A DNA stretch of 64,000 nucleotides from NCBI GenBank assembly GCA_001244265.2, contig CDLV01000008.1, forward strand, positions 1,984,001-2,048,000, read 5' to 3'. The notes under the pieces are model-generated. The model was not told the DNA's origin, searched no databases, and saw only the letters and a program-made list of their open reading frames with translations. Origin of the DNA: Microbotryum violaceum (taxonomy: Eukaryota). The position numbers and the translations under genes were made by a program. Below are positions 22,854-34,276 of the stretch, one piece after another (positions within the stretch are counted from its first letter, which is position 1; each line of letters opens with the position of its first letter).

Positions 22854-23690
22854 GACTTCGTGAATCAAGGTCGTCGCAATGTCTACTGTAGACTGGTGCA
22901 AGAGTGATGTAGAGGGGAGGAAGGGAAGGAGAGGGTGGATATGATAGTGTATCCAGGACTGTGAAAGTTTCCCGTCGGTCGCGGTCGACCGACCCTCGCA
23001 TGCTCCACGCATGGCAACTGCGATTGCCAAAACATGCGGGCGAGATCGCCGAGCGCCGACCCCTCACGTGATCAGCCCTCGACCGCCCAACGGGGGTTCA
23101 AGTACACGTGACCTTGTATCAACCTGCCAAGATTCGAAGATCATCTCCTCGCCCGTCCCTCTCTTATTACAGAGGTCGCCGGTGAGGCGACTCTCGAAGT
23201 CGATCGGCGAAACGATTCAACAATGGGTCGATGCAGAGCACTAACTGGCAGAGGCGAGCAGTGTTAGAAGTGGGGTCTGAGAGCCTAACTCATTGCTATT
23301 AGTCTTGGAATACTTTATTCTGGGCGCGCGCCTATCTTTGTCTTTGCGTCTTTTTTCCTTCTGGTTCCTTCTCCACGCTATTCTCATCATCTCACTCGTG
23401 TATCTCGGAGCTGAGTCGTGGAGTACCTCTTAGTCCTTGTTGCAACAAGCAGAATCCTTCATCGTGGCCGAGGAGAAGCGAGTGGTCATGGGCCGAGGTG
23501 AACCAAGAGCGTAAGGGTGTCGACTCGTACTACAGCGATTGCCCGCACTTTGTTGTACTGCTACAGATAAAATTGCATTCCACACACGCACAGCATTCCC
23601 CCTGGACCAACGAAATAGATTACGAGAAACTTAAGGTCTGAAATAGAACTTCCAATCATTTCCAAATAAGACTAAACCGGCCGGCGACGT

Positions 23691-26600
23691 CTACATCGCC
23701 TGCCCAAACACCCCAACCCCGACGGCGCCGACCGTCCTGCGCGAGATGCGTTGCCCCGTCATGACGACGGCAATCTCAGCGTGGTGTTCGTCCGACGAGT
23801 TGGTCGAAGACGAGGACGTCGACGACTCGGTGCTGTCGGTCATAGTAGTCGAGCATGACACGTCGGACCAATTGCGGGAATGGCTCGCGGTCGCGGTCGC
23901 GGCCGCCGATCTCGTCATCCGCACGGGGACAACACTATCCCGCGTGAATTCTTCTGCCGAGTCGGCCTCGGCATCAGGGAATGTGCCAAACGCGTATTCT
24001 GAAGCGCAGGTTGGGCTCGGCGTCAAGCTCCCTAACTTGGGCGTGACCGAGCATCCCATCATCAACGAAGCGATTGACATCGACGACGAGCTTGCGACCG
24101 ATTCCTCCATTTCCGCGAGCGTGTCCTCGATCTCGCGCGACATGACGTCGATGGGGTCGGCCTCCGAGTCAGTCGGAGACAGCAGCGATTCGTCGCTGAA
24201 CTCGCGGGACAGCGCCTCGTCGTCGATGTGGTCTTCCGCGATGAGGCCATAGGAGAAGGACGACGACGACGATGATGAGCCCGAAAGCGAGCGCGCATGA
24301 TCCGAATCGGGCACGTTCGAACTGTCGATGATGATGGGCACGAGCGCGGGCGCGACGTTGCTGTGCAGCAGGGGCGCATTTCCGTACCGCGTGACCGAGT
24401 CGTCGGATTCGTACGTCGTCAGAATCGTGTCGACGTTAGTCGAAACCCCCGAAGACGAGCTCGAGGATTTGGAAGCGGCGCGCATCAAGTGGGGTACCGG
24501 TACCGCTGCGGTCGCGATCTCGCTGTCCAAGCCGTGGTCGACGTGCTCGATGTCTTCGTCGTTCTCATCGTCGTTCTCATCGTCGTCGTCGTGAGGTGGC
24601 GCCGTTACCAAGATCTGCGGTCCTCCTTCGAACGACGACGACGACGAGCTCGTCGGCAAGCTCCCCAGCTCGCGCTCGAGCATCGACAGACCCGTTTGCG
24701 AGCTCGTGTGCCGCAGCAGCGCCATCATCGTCAGGCCATTGGGGTGGTCCGGTCCGCGAGGCGTCGTCGGCGTCGAGGTCGAATGCATCGTGCAGGCAGC
24801 GCGAGGCGGGGTGTGGGGTGCATTGAGCCGTGACAGCATCGTCTGCAGTGGGTCACAGTCCGAGCCGGACTCGTCGCTCGGCGAAAAAGATGCGGGGCGA
24901 ATGCTGAGGTCGGATGAGCCCCTCGCGCTGGCGGAAGGAGGCGAAGGGAGCTGTTCGCGCGGCGGGAAGGACCATCCGACGGGCGACGCGGCTCGACGCT
25001 GCGGGTGGATCGTCGACGTCGAGCTCAGGGCCGGCGAAGGGGGTAAAGGTGCCGGACTCGGGCTAGCGACAACGATTGGCGTCACGATCAGCGGCTGGCG
25101 GGCGACGTTGCGCTTTGGCAGCGACGACACGGGTCGCGTCGAGGCGCGGATCATGCGCTTGGGCTGCACCAACGTGACGTTGGTCGGACCGGCGTACACC
25201 GGCGGCTTTGGCGGCGCCTCCCAGTCACTGCTCTCGCCGCGTCGGTACGAAGGGCCGTTCGGAGGAAAGACAAAGACGCTCGGGATCGGCGGTCGCGTCG
25301 GCGGCGGTGACGGCGGGCTCGCTGCGGTCGGAGTGGGGTCGACGGGGCTGATGGGGGTCACCGGTGGGGTCCGACGGTCGGCCGCCTCTACGTTCGCGAC
25401 CGAGTGTGGGAGCACGACAGGGGCCGGCGGTCTCGACGGAGCGGAAGCCGGCGCAACGATGCTGACCGGGGAAACGGCGCCATCACCTGAGCCAATGGTC
25501 CCTTCGGAGGTCGTGGCTGAAAAGACGCTGTCGGTTGAAGGCGAGATGACACCACCGTACGGCGTGACGAGGCCGACTCGATGAAACTCTGTGAGTGAGT
25601 TGGCGAGGTCGACGTCGAGTCGGGCGGGACGAGTTTGGGCGCGACGCGGACTCGGTCTCGGCCTAGCAACCATGAGATGCTGCAGCGACAACGACGACGA
25701 CGAAGGCAAGGGCACGGACATAGCGGAAGATGCGCTGCCGTCGGACTCGTAGGCCGCCGCGAGCGGCGATTCGCTGCGCAACGCGTCCATGACCTGCGGT
25801 GCGGGCGAGAGCGTCACCTCGTCCTCCTCGACGTTGAAGTAACCTTCCGAGGGGCGATAGGAGCTAATGACGCGGGTACGTCGGCGAGTGCTCTTGCGTT
25901 CGCGGAGCTTCGCGGCCGTCTCGACAAAGGGGTCCCGCTCCTCCGCGGGTGCTTCGACAACCTCGATCGTCGGCGTTGGCGTCGACGAGGTCTTGGAGCG
26001 GAGCAGTTTCTGTTCGAATTCGGCAAAGACCGAGTCCATGGCGAAGCCTTCGAACCGGATCGACGGGATGCGCGAGCGGCAGTCGAGCAATGCGCTCGGG
26101 GCCGGCCGCGGTCTCGGTGGGGACACCTCGTCGTCGGCGTCCTCGTCGGAGCCCGCGCTCGCATTCCCCCCTAGGGGTCGCATCGTTTGTTGGCTTGTCC
26201 GGCGGGCCGCGGCCTTTTCGCGTGCGAGATCGAAGGGGGGCGACTCGGCGGCGGGCTTGTTCGACGAAGCGGACCAGCGCTTGGGGCGAGGCGGCGTCTC
26301 GGGTTCGATGCCGAGCATGGCCGCAACAAAGTCCGGCATCGGCGTCGAGTTGCGACGGTACGGGATCGGGTGACGTGACGTCGTGGCGCCGAGGGAGGTG
26401 GTAGAAGCGAAGTAGGCGTCCTCGTCTTCCTCGCACGGCGGTCGCAGGCTGTCGTCGCGACGATGTTGCTGCGAGGGCGGGAGGACCTGGTCGGGCCGCA
26501 GCGGCGACTCTTGCAGGCCATTGGTCTTCCACATGCGTCGCCCTGAGTTCGTTGTGCGTCGCGTCTTGCTCTCGGGGGAAGAGGTCAACGAGGACATGGT

Positions 26601-27365
26601 CGTCGCGTCCGAGCTCGAGTCGTAGTAGTCGTCCACGCTCGAATGGAAGAGTTTGCTCGAGGCGAACGACGATGTCGTTTCGAACGTCGAGACGGTCGAC
26701 ACTGAGCCGTTAAACGCGTGACCTCCGCCGCCAACACTGACGCCGGGTACCCCGCCGATAAGCGACGATCTCCGCTTCGGCAGGGGCAAGTGCATCCTCG
26801 ACGGGACGGACTGAATGCTCGAGTAGTCCGAGCTCAGTGTCGACGTGACGGAAGGGAGTGAGCTCGGTGGGGCGGGGAACTGTGCGAGCGTGGGACCCGA
26901 GTCGATGGCACGTCCGGGACTCAGCGACGTGACCGAGCCGGGGCTAGCGGTTGTGTAGATGCCGAGGCCGTGGGTCGTAAACTGGTCCGCGGTGGGGGTG
27001 ACAGGCGACGGCGGCAGCGGTGCCATGCTCGTTGGCGTTGTCGGTCTCGGGCTCGGAGTCCGCTGCGGCACGGCTATTGACGTCGGCTTAGATTTGGTCC
27101 ACGGGAACGATCGCAGTTTCTTCTTGCCGAACGTCGCGTTGACTTCTTTGCTGTAACCTAGACCTCGTCCGTTACGATCGAGAAAGACCTCGCGATCTTC
27201 GTCGTGGATGAAGCGATCGTCGAACGAAGGCGCCGTGAAGGAAGATCCTGCTCGGCCACCACCACCGACAGTGCTGCTGCTGTTCGCCTGGCGCACATAG
27301 TAGGGATCGTCGGGGGCGAGCATGGCGTGGCCGTCATCCGATCGTTTGCGGAAGAAAGCTGACAT
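23691..27365 (-). CDS. Large Ser/Pro-rich, probably disordered protein of unknown function (~1220 aa, single exon)
   Basis: Uninterrupted 3.7-kb ORF with first ATG at 27365. No recognisable domain. Confidence 0.75.
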   Translation of the reverse strand: MSAFFRKRSDDGHAMLAPDDPYYVRQANSSSTVGGGGRAGSSFTAPSFDDRFIHDEDREVFLDRNGRGLGYSKEVNATFGKKKLRSFPWTKSKPTSIAVPQRTPSPRPTTPTSMAPLPPSPVTPTADQFTTHGLGIYTTASPGSVTSLSPGRAIDSGPTLAQFPAPPSSLPSVTSTLSSDYSSIQSVPSRMHLPLPKRRSSLIGGVPGVSVGGGGHAFNGSVSTVSTFETTSSFASSKLFHSSVDDYYDSSSDATTMSSLTSSPESKTRRTTNSGRRMWKTNGLQESPLRPDQVLPPSQQHRRDDSLRPPCEEDEDAYFASTTSLGATTSRHPIPYRRNSTPMPDFVAAMLGIEPETPPRPKRWSASSNKPAAESPPFDLAREKAAARRTSQQTMRPLGGNASAGSDEDADDEVSPPRPRPAPSALLDCRSRIPSIRFEGFAMDSVFAEFEQKLLRSKTSSTPTPTIEVVEAPAEERDPFVETAAKLRERKSTRRRTRVISSYRPSEGYFNVEEDEVTLSPAPQVMDALRSESPLAAAYESDGSASSAMSVPLPSSSSLSLQHLMVARPRPSPRRAQTRPARLDVDLANSLTEFHRVGLVTPYGGVISPSTDSVFSATTSEGTIGSGDGAVSPVSIVAPASAPSRPPAPVVLPHSVANVEAADRRTPPVTPISPVDPTPTAASPPSPPPTRPPIPSVFVFPPNGPSYRRGESSDWEAPPKPPVYAGPTNVTLVQPKRMIRASTRPVSSLPKRNVARQPLIVTPIVVASPSPAPLPPSPALSSTSTIHPQRRAASPVGWSFPPREQLPSPPSASARGSSDLSIRPASFSPSDESGSDCDPLQTMLSRLNAPHTPPRAACTMHSTSTPTTPRGPDHPNGLTMMALLRHTSSQTGLSMLERELGSLPTSSSSSSFEGGPQILVTAPPHDDDDENDDENDEDIEHVDHGLDSEIATAAVPVPHLMRAASKSSSSSSGVSTNVDTILTTYESDDSVTRYGNAPLLHSNVAPALVPIIIDSSNVPDSDHARSLSGSSSSSSSFSYGLIAEDHIDDEALSREFSDESLLSPTDSEADPIDVMSREIEDTLAEMEESVASSSSMSIASLMMGCSVTPKLGSLTPSPTCASEYAFGTFPDAEADSAEEFTRDSVVPVRMTRSAAATATASHSRNWSDVSCSTTMTDSTESSTSSSSTNSSDEHHAEIAVVMTGQRISRRTVGAVGVGVFGQAM

Positions 27366-28682
27366 TCGGTAGAACACTGTTCAGGACGGTGGCACCAAGG
27401 ACTCGGTAAGTCAATTTGCTCGTGCACGAGGAGCTGCCGAGATGAGACTGGGAGCGTCGCGCGCGCGTGCCAACGTTTTTCGCAGCGCGATCACGCTGGC
27501 GACGTGCGCCGGCGTCTGACAGGGAAACACGGGCGCGCGTGCGTTCACGACGAGGCGAACACTGAGCTACTCACAGCAGGGCGGGGCACAGTTATAAACG
27601 AGTGTGTTAAGAAAGTCCCGGGGAAGCAAAAGGATCGATGTTGGCTCCTCCAAGATGCAGTAGTGTAGTAGCTGCCATCGTGTAGAGACGAAGCGCAAGT
27701 GATAGGTCGTCGGTCAGCTCTCACGTCGAGACGCGTCTCCGAGTCTTGCCTCGATCCTAAGCTCACCTTAAACGGGACACGAGGCGAGACGAGACGGGCA
27801 CAATACGAGAGGACCAGGGGAGATACAGGGATAGCGGTCCGAGAGAAGAAGGCAAAACAAAAGAGGTCTTCAAGACCTATGACGGAGATCGGAGCAGAAC
27901 ACGCACAGCGGGATGGGAGACGGAAGGCAGGACAGGATGGGAATAAAATATCGCGAAAGTCGAATCTCGACCCTCGGTGTCCTCGCGCGCGCTGCGCCTC
28001 GCTGTGCCGCGCGTCGTCAGGCTCGTCACGACATACTGCGCCCAGCCTTGGCTCACGATCGGTTGCAACCCCGATGCTTCAATTCGCACCGATTCCTTTT
28101 TGAAGAGGGACTGGCCAGGCGCCCAATTTCCCGCGATCCTGACTGATCGTAACCGATCCTCGCATCAATCAATAGCTGCATCACGGCCCTGCGCGTATCC
28201 GACCCCTAATCGTCGCTGCGCAGCGCGCGTTGGTGACACAAATTTAAAGGCCATCAACGTGTCCGCGACGAATTTGCTGTAAGACATCTCTTCCATCCAC
28301 TACTGTCTCAAAGTCAGGACAAGCACGTCAAAGAGATTACATGGCCAAATACATACGAATATGCTTCTCTAAGCCTTCTGTTTAGATGGTGCTCCAAAAC
28401 TGTTCTATTTTCAGGGTGATCGGTGACCTACACCGGGGAAGATGCACGTGACTCGAAGGCGCGTGGGGCCAGACTGCCGGGGAACCGCGAGGGGGTCTCC
28501 GCTCGGAATCGCTTTTTAACCATCAGACTCGGCGCGAAAACACCGCTTGCACACTCTATTGACAAGGCAGGTGATTTAACCCAGTAGGAAACAGTGGGAC
28601 ACCGCCCGTACCCAGTACATCCGCCAAAGCCAGCGCCTGCCACTGCAGGGCGATCTCCGCCGCCTCGCCGGACAGTCCACTC

Positions 28683-30318
28683 ATGGCGATGAGCTCGCTG
28701 ATCGCTTCGACGTCCAAGGCGATCGACTACAGCCTCCCACCGAGTCCCGTCTACATACTTCGTGGTCATACGGCTCAGATTAGCTGCGTCAACTTCTCTG
28801 ACGATGGCACTGCATTGTTTTCTGGGTAAGCCACGGCAGCCTCCTTTCTAGCCTCGAAGTCCAGTCGGAGCATGGAGCTGGTTCTGAAGGTTGATCGATC
28901 TCTACAGTGATGTCGAAGGATGGGTGATCACATGGAACCTTTCGAGCTTTCGGCCACGACTCGTCTGGAAACCGCACGAGGCAGGTATCCTCACCATCGA
29001 GGAATTCGATGACGGTCTGCTCACGTGAGTGCGAAGCAGCTCCTCCTTCTGCTTCTGAGCTCATCTTTGCGGCTTATCGGCTTTGGACCCACAGACACGG
29101 CCGAGACAATAAAATCCACCATTTTCAGCTGCCGAAGTCCTTGCGGTCCATCACGCGATCAGCGGCTTCGGCCGTACCGAGCGTTAAGGACCCGACACCT
29201 TTGCACCCGGATTGGAGCATGGACGTCAACGCGATGGCGTATTGTCAAATGTCTCTGTTGAGGATCGCTTCAGAAGAAGCGGACGGAGGAAAAGGGAAAG
29301 GGAAGGAACGAGCCTTGGTGGCCGTTCCGGCCTTGACCAAGGACGAGCAGGTGAGCACACGATTGGAAGTTGGTCAGACTCCACAAAGCTGATGATATGT
29401 TCCACCTACCTACCCACAAGGTCGACATTTTCCATTTACCGACCCTGTCTCGGGTCCATCGTTCAATCGGAGAAGGATGCTTCATCGGGAGCAAGACTGG
29501 TAAATGGGATGAATCAAGTTCTCTCCAGCCCGGGATCGAATTAAGCTCACGCACCACACCCCACACGCTTGTACCCAGGAACCGTCATGGCTATCGAACT
29601 CTTCACAAACCCCACTTCACCGAGCCAGCTACATCTCCTCGCCGCTTACGAAGATGGTCGAATCGCGCTCTTCTCCTACACCTCCTCGCCATCATCAGCT
29701 GTCTCCCTACCGACGAACTATCGTTCCGAATCCGAAGGCTGGGGTTTGAAGTGGATAAGTAAAGGGCATCGCGAAGCGGTCATGTCAATGGCGCTTTCGC
29801 CTGATAAGAAAGAGGCGTGGAGCATCGGTGCCGATCATTACTTGTGTCGGTACCGGCTTTGGGAGGAAGAAGAGGACAAGCGGCTCGATCGGTTCGAGAT
29901 GACGGGACCGGGCAAGTCGGCGGTCGGTGTAAGAGATGACGGAAGAATCATAGCCGTCTCCGGATGGGACGGAGAGTGAGCGCACTTCCTCTGTTTAAGG
30001 CAGCCGAGAAAGGCAGAAAGCTGAGGGTGCCCTTGCGATCCTCACAGAGTCCATATTTGTTCGACCAAGTCGGGCAAGCCGCTGGCCGTGCTCACGTATC
30101 ATCGCACGTCGTTGCAAACCTTGGCTTTCGCGCCGACCAGGCAGAGTGCTGAACGGGACGCGGAAGGTGATAACGAGAGTGACGACGAGGAAGATAGGGG
30201 CAACGGGCAACAGAGAGCATGGCTAGCGACCGGCGGCAAGGACGAGCGCATCAGTCTCTGGGACATCTACCCACCCCACTCCCTTCCCGCCATGACCTCC
30301 TCTCTCGGAACGCAATGA
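28683..30318 (+). CDS. ASA1: WD40 protein, ASTRA-associated protein 1 (GNB1L-like)
   Basis: P.PVYILRGH, LFSGD.EG, LLTHGRDN, VNAMAYCQ, AAYEDG, GVRDDGRI.AVSGWDG and LATGGKDERISLWDIY. Multi-exon. Confidence 0.85.
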
Positions 30319-30421
30319 TGGTTGGTGTTTTGTTTGCAATGCAAGTTTGTCCCCCTTCAACTACTACTGCACACACACACTCTCCGTTCGCAACATTCTC
30401 CGCGATAGTTGCGTTTTGGGT

Positions 30422-31787
30422 TTAAGCCTCGGAGGCGACAGCGGGGAACGAGAAGTGAACCTCCTTGCCGGTCAACTTGCGGTAGACGGACGAGAAGGTG
30501 TCGAGCTTGTAGTCCAAAGCGTTCGAGTCTATGGCGTATGGCGGACGAAGGCCCAGTCAGCCACGGAGATCCTCGAAACACAATCTCAGCCTCGGCAAGA
30601 GGAGCACGACGTACCCTTGGCATCGAGGAAGACCTTGATCAACTTGGAGCCATCAACGTTCTGTCGGGTGCGCTTTCCAACAAGCTCGGTAGGGTAGACG
30701 AGGTCCTCGAGGATGTGCTCGTGGACTTCCTTCAGGGTGCGCGATCGAGGGCGCATCTGCTTTTGGCGGGAGCCTCGGGCGGGCTTGCGCATCATGCGGC
30801 GTTGGCCGATGAAGACAACGTGGCGGTCCGAGAACTTCTTCTCGAGCTCACGGGTGAGTCTGGAGAGTGGGGGGAGTTGTTCAGCCCCAGGCCAGACCGC
30901 GGGCAGTCGAATTGAGGCCCCAGAAAGAAGACTCACCGGCCCTGGACCTTGTGGAAGGCCTTCAACTGGGTCATGGGGACGAAGATGACAACGGCCTTCT
31001 TGCCACCCTTGACATCAACCTCGCGAGCGGCCGAGATTTGCAGAGGTCGCAACTCGGCCTTCAAGTCGGCGACGTTGTTCTCGAGGTCGAGGATCGCCTG
31101 CGCGACCTGAAGCTCGACGGCATCCGGGGCGGTGCGGGGGGCGTTGGCCGATCGGAGGATCTTGCTGGCGGCGGTAGACTAGTGGTGGTCAAGCGAGTGC
31201 ATTGTGAACAGGCGTTTGATGAGGTGCGAAGAAGGGAAGCGACGTCGAACGGAGCGCCATGGGGGAAAGGAGAGGTACAACAAGGTCAGCACTCCGCGTT
31301 CTTGACCCAAATAACCTTCTTGTATGTGAGTGGTGTCCCAGTTTGGTATCATCATGGTCTGCAGGGTGCTACGGCGGCGAGAAGGAACGCATGCACTCGA
31401 TTCGTGTTGGCCGCTCCGCTCGCAAGCAATTAGCCCTCTCGCCGGCGAGCCCAGCTGCAGCGAAGTGCATTCGCCCACGCCCAGGGCCAGCCTTGCCGCC
31501 AACTTCCGAACCTGCATTCCCGCTTGGCGACTCCCAAACACCGCGGATCCGTCCCATGATATCCCAACAACACGGCCCGGGCGTCATCGAAGTCGACGTT
31601 GCGGATGCAGAGTCGTGGTAGCGCCGCGTCGAAATTTAAAGACGGCGGCCCAGACACGACGCCCCCGTCTATGCGGCCACCACGCTCCCATCGCTGGCCC
31701 ATCAGGTCGTGGGTGCGGGCCGTAGGCAGACCGAAGTGTCGAACGAAGCCCGGACCAAACACATGATGAGGTGGGAAGATTTACCAT
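30422..31787 (-). CDS. RPS7: 40S ribosomal protein eS7
   Basis: [44 protein letters not shown] and [20 protein letters not shown]. The first coding exon is only ATG (31785-31787), followed by a 606-nt intron. Confidence 0.95.
31286..31355 (-). ncRNA. Possible intronic box C/D snoRNA
   Basis: ATGATGA (C box) and CTGA (D box) span 70 nt on the sense strand of RPS7 intron 1. No terminal stem or rRNA guide was recognised. Confidence 0.3.
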
Positions 31788-32193
31788 GCTGATGAGGTGG
31801 ACGGACGGACGGTAGATTTGAGCAGTCGCTTCCGCTGCGTACGGCTCCGCCTTCGCGCCTGGAATCGTGCTGTCCGCCTCTGTGCGCCGCTTTGACCCTC
31901 TATGGCCAGCCCAGGCACTTTTGGGTGCGGACCAATAGCTGGACAAAACCCCGCGCCGCAATTTTGGCCACGCGGGCAAATCCGAATTCGGCCACTGCAA
32001 GGAAGGTCATGCCAAGGTGAGGGGTGACCGAATCGTGAGGTAGGGTATGGGTGCTTGGGCGGCATATTGTACCGCGGCAAGCTGACCCAAGCAGCGCGTC
32101 GAAGCCCAAAGACAGGGGCTTTCCTCTTGCGCTCGAGCCTTGTCTTTCCGCCCGCTCCCACGTATTTGTTTCTTTGCAATTGTCGGGGTATCG

Positions 32194-34083
32194 TCACAAG
32201 CGTAAAACATAAAGATAGATCCACAAAAGCGTCCACACCACACCGAAGGCTCTCGTTCTTGTTCTCCTTACATCGAACCCCTTCTGGTGCCGAGTTGTCG
32301 TCCCGCTCGTAAAGGAAGCGCTTTGGGCATCTTCTTCCTCTGACGTATCGGTCGTATGCAATGAAGCTTGGACCTTGGGGCCGGTCGTGTTCGATGCTTT
32401 CGAGCTTGCCCAGACCTAGCATAACCAAGCCCATGTGTTATTTGAGACATCGCGGGAACATCTGTCGATGCGGACTCACTTTGAAATCGCGGAAATAAGC
32501 ATGTTGCGTTTTGGAAGGGTACCATGCCGAGGTGGAACCACCAAAGAAGGTTGAAAAGAGTACCCGCGACAATGTGACGTTCGGATCGGAACGAAAGACG
32601 ATGCCCGTGTGTTGAATCACCTGCCAAAACGCGAGGAGACTTAGAATGAAACTGCCGGCATTGTGACGGCGTACTGACGAGGGTATCATTGATGTAGACA
32701 TAAAGCCATCCATTCGCCAAGGTTGGTGTATTCATTCCCACCAGCTGTGTCACCGTCGTCCATCTGCAGGTGCATTGCAGAATTGTCAGAGTCGGGATGA
32801 CTTCCACCCGAGACATCCAAGTGCTTACCCTCCCACGGTGAAGTTGAAAGCGCCGAGTGATATCTGAATTCCGTATTTATCCGGACAGGAGATGTCACTC
32901 TGGTTGCACAAATGCGGGTATGTAGGGATGTAAGCGTATCTGTGGGAGAACACGAGTTCAAGGCTCAGTTGTTCCTCCAACTGTAGCTGTTCCCCTATGC
33001 CAGACCTACACCTCTCCCGCCCCTTTGCTTCGCCACATGAAACGAGTTGAAAAGCAGGAAAATTGACGGTTCCCACCGGTGCATTCACCCGTGGTTGCAC
33101 CACCGTAGAGACCTGCGTAAACTGCTCTGTGAGCGTCTTAGCAGAACCTTAGCCAGGATCCACTGGAGCATGCCTACCTGGGAGTTTGCCGCCGAGCACG
33201 AAGTTGAAGCCTGGCTCGAACGCGACCTGTCGAAGTCAAGCATTATGTCAATACCGTTATTATCTGTTCGATCGCCAAGTCACTGACCTGATAGGTGAGA
33301 ACGGCACGCTGCGGCGGTTTTGCGAGGCCGTCGAACGGTAATGGCCAAAACTGTACCCCTCCTTTGATACCGCTGGGATACGTGATCCCAAGCACCAGTG
33401 AAGAGTTGTCATCCGAATTTGAAGTTGAAGCGTTCCTGTTTGTCGAAACGGAGAAGGGGTCCTCGACGAATTGCACGAGGTTCGCACTCGCACCTCCGAC
33501 TTTACCATCAAGGTTCCACCGATCGACCAACCACGAATTTGTATCTTGGTTGGACATGGAGCTAACGTTCGCGAGAGGTTCAGTCGAGGCCCAGATTGGG
33601 GCCGTGTCGAACGCGTAGGCCAGTTGGGCTGCGCTCCAGGACCGCCCGATCGTGAGTGTCGTCGCGAGACTCGACATTTTATTTCTTGTTTGAACGGGGT
33701 CGACGCTGGGCCTTTGGAGGAGGAGCTCCTAACGGTCGGTGAATGGGCGGCGGGCAACGGTGTAGCTATCGCGAGTACATGATGGTTTGGTGGTGTATAG
33801 CCCAGGTATGGAAGGAGAGGACAAGGCCAAGCAAGGCGATGCTGCCGCGGCATGAGCGGCTGCTGCGAGGCAGAAAAGGGGCTCGTGCGCGCTCCGATCG
33901 CGCAGGGAACAAAGGAAGATTTGCGCTTGGTTTCAGACACCGAGCGATCGGAAATCTGGGAACGAAAAGGCCCAAGTGTGTAGTTTTGTCATTCAACGAT
34001 GATTTCGTTTCTCTTGCAGCTCTGGAATCTGCGGGAGGGCTGAGCGGTGTAACGGGGGCGTCGTCAACTGCGCCAGTGTGCAT
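32194..34083 (-). CDS. Polysaccharide lyase family 14 protein with hydrophobic C-terminus (5' boundary uncertain)
   Basis: YPSG..GGVQF, GGKLP, CFSTRFMWR..G.GE.YAYIP, YINDTLV and LFSTFFGGS. The predicted last exon ends ...AFGVVWTLLWIYLYVLRL*. Confidence 0.8.
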
Positions 34084-34276
34084 TGTCTGGAAAAATATCG
34101 ATATGTAGGGGCTACAAGGGGACAAGGTCCTATCCGCCAAGGAAAAACATATATGAAAGTACATAGAAAGAAAAGACAGCATAGGTATAACAGCGAACGT
34201 ATTGATCTAAGGAGACCTCAAGCAACGGTGATAAAGGGGCACTGCTGGTATTGCTGCGATCGCGGCGACGAAGTCG

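Noticed and set aside
23746..26532. Many overlapping antisense or alternative-frame ORFs, also over RPS7, AVT, NOP9 and the peptidase
   Set aside because: Expected shadows of GC-rich coding sequence with few stop codons.
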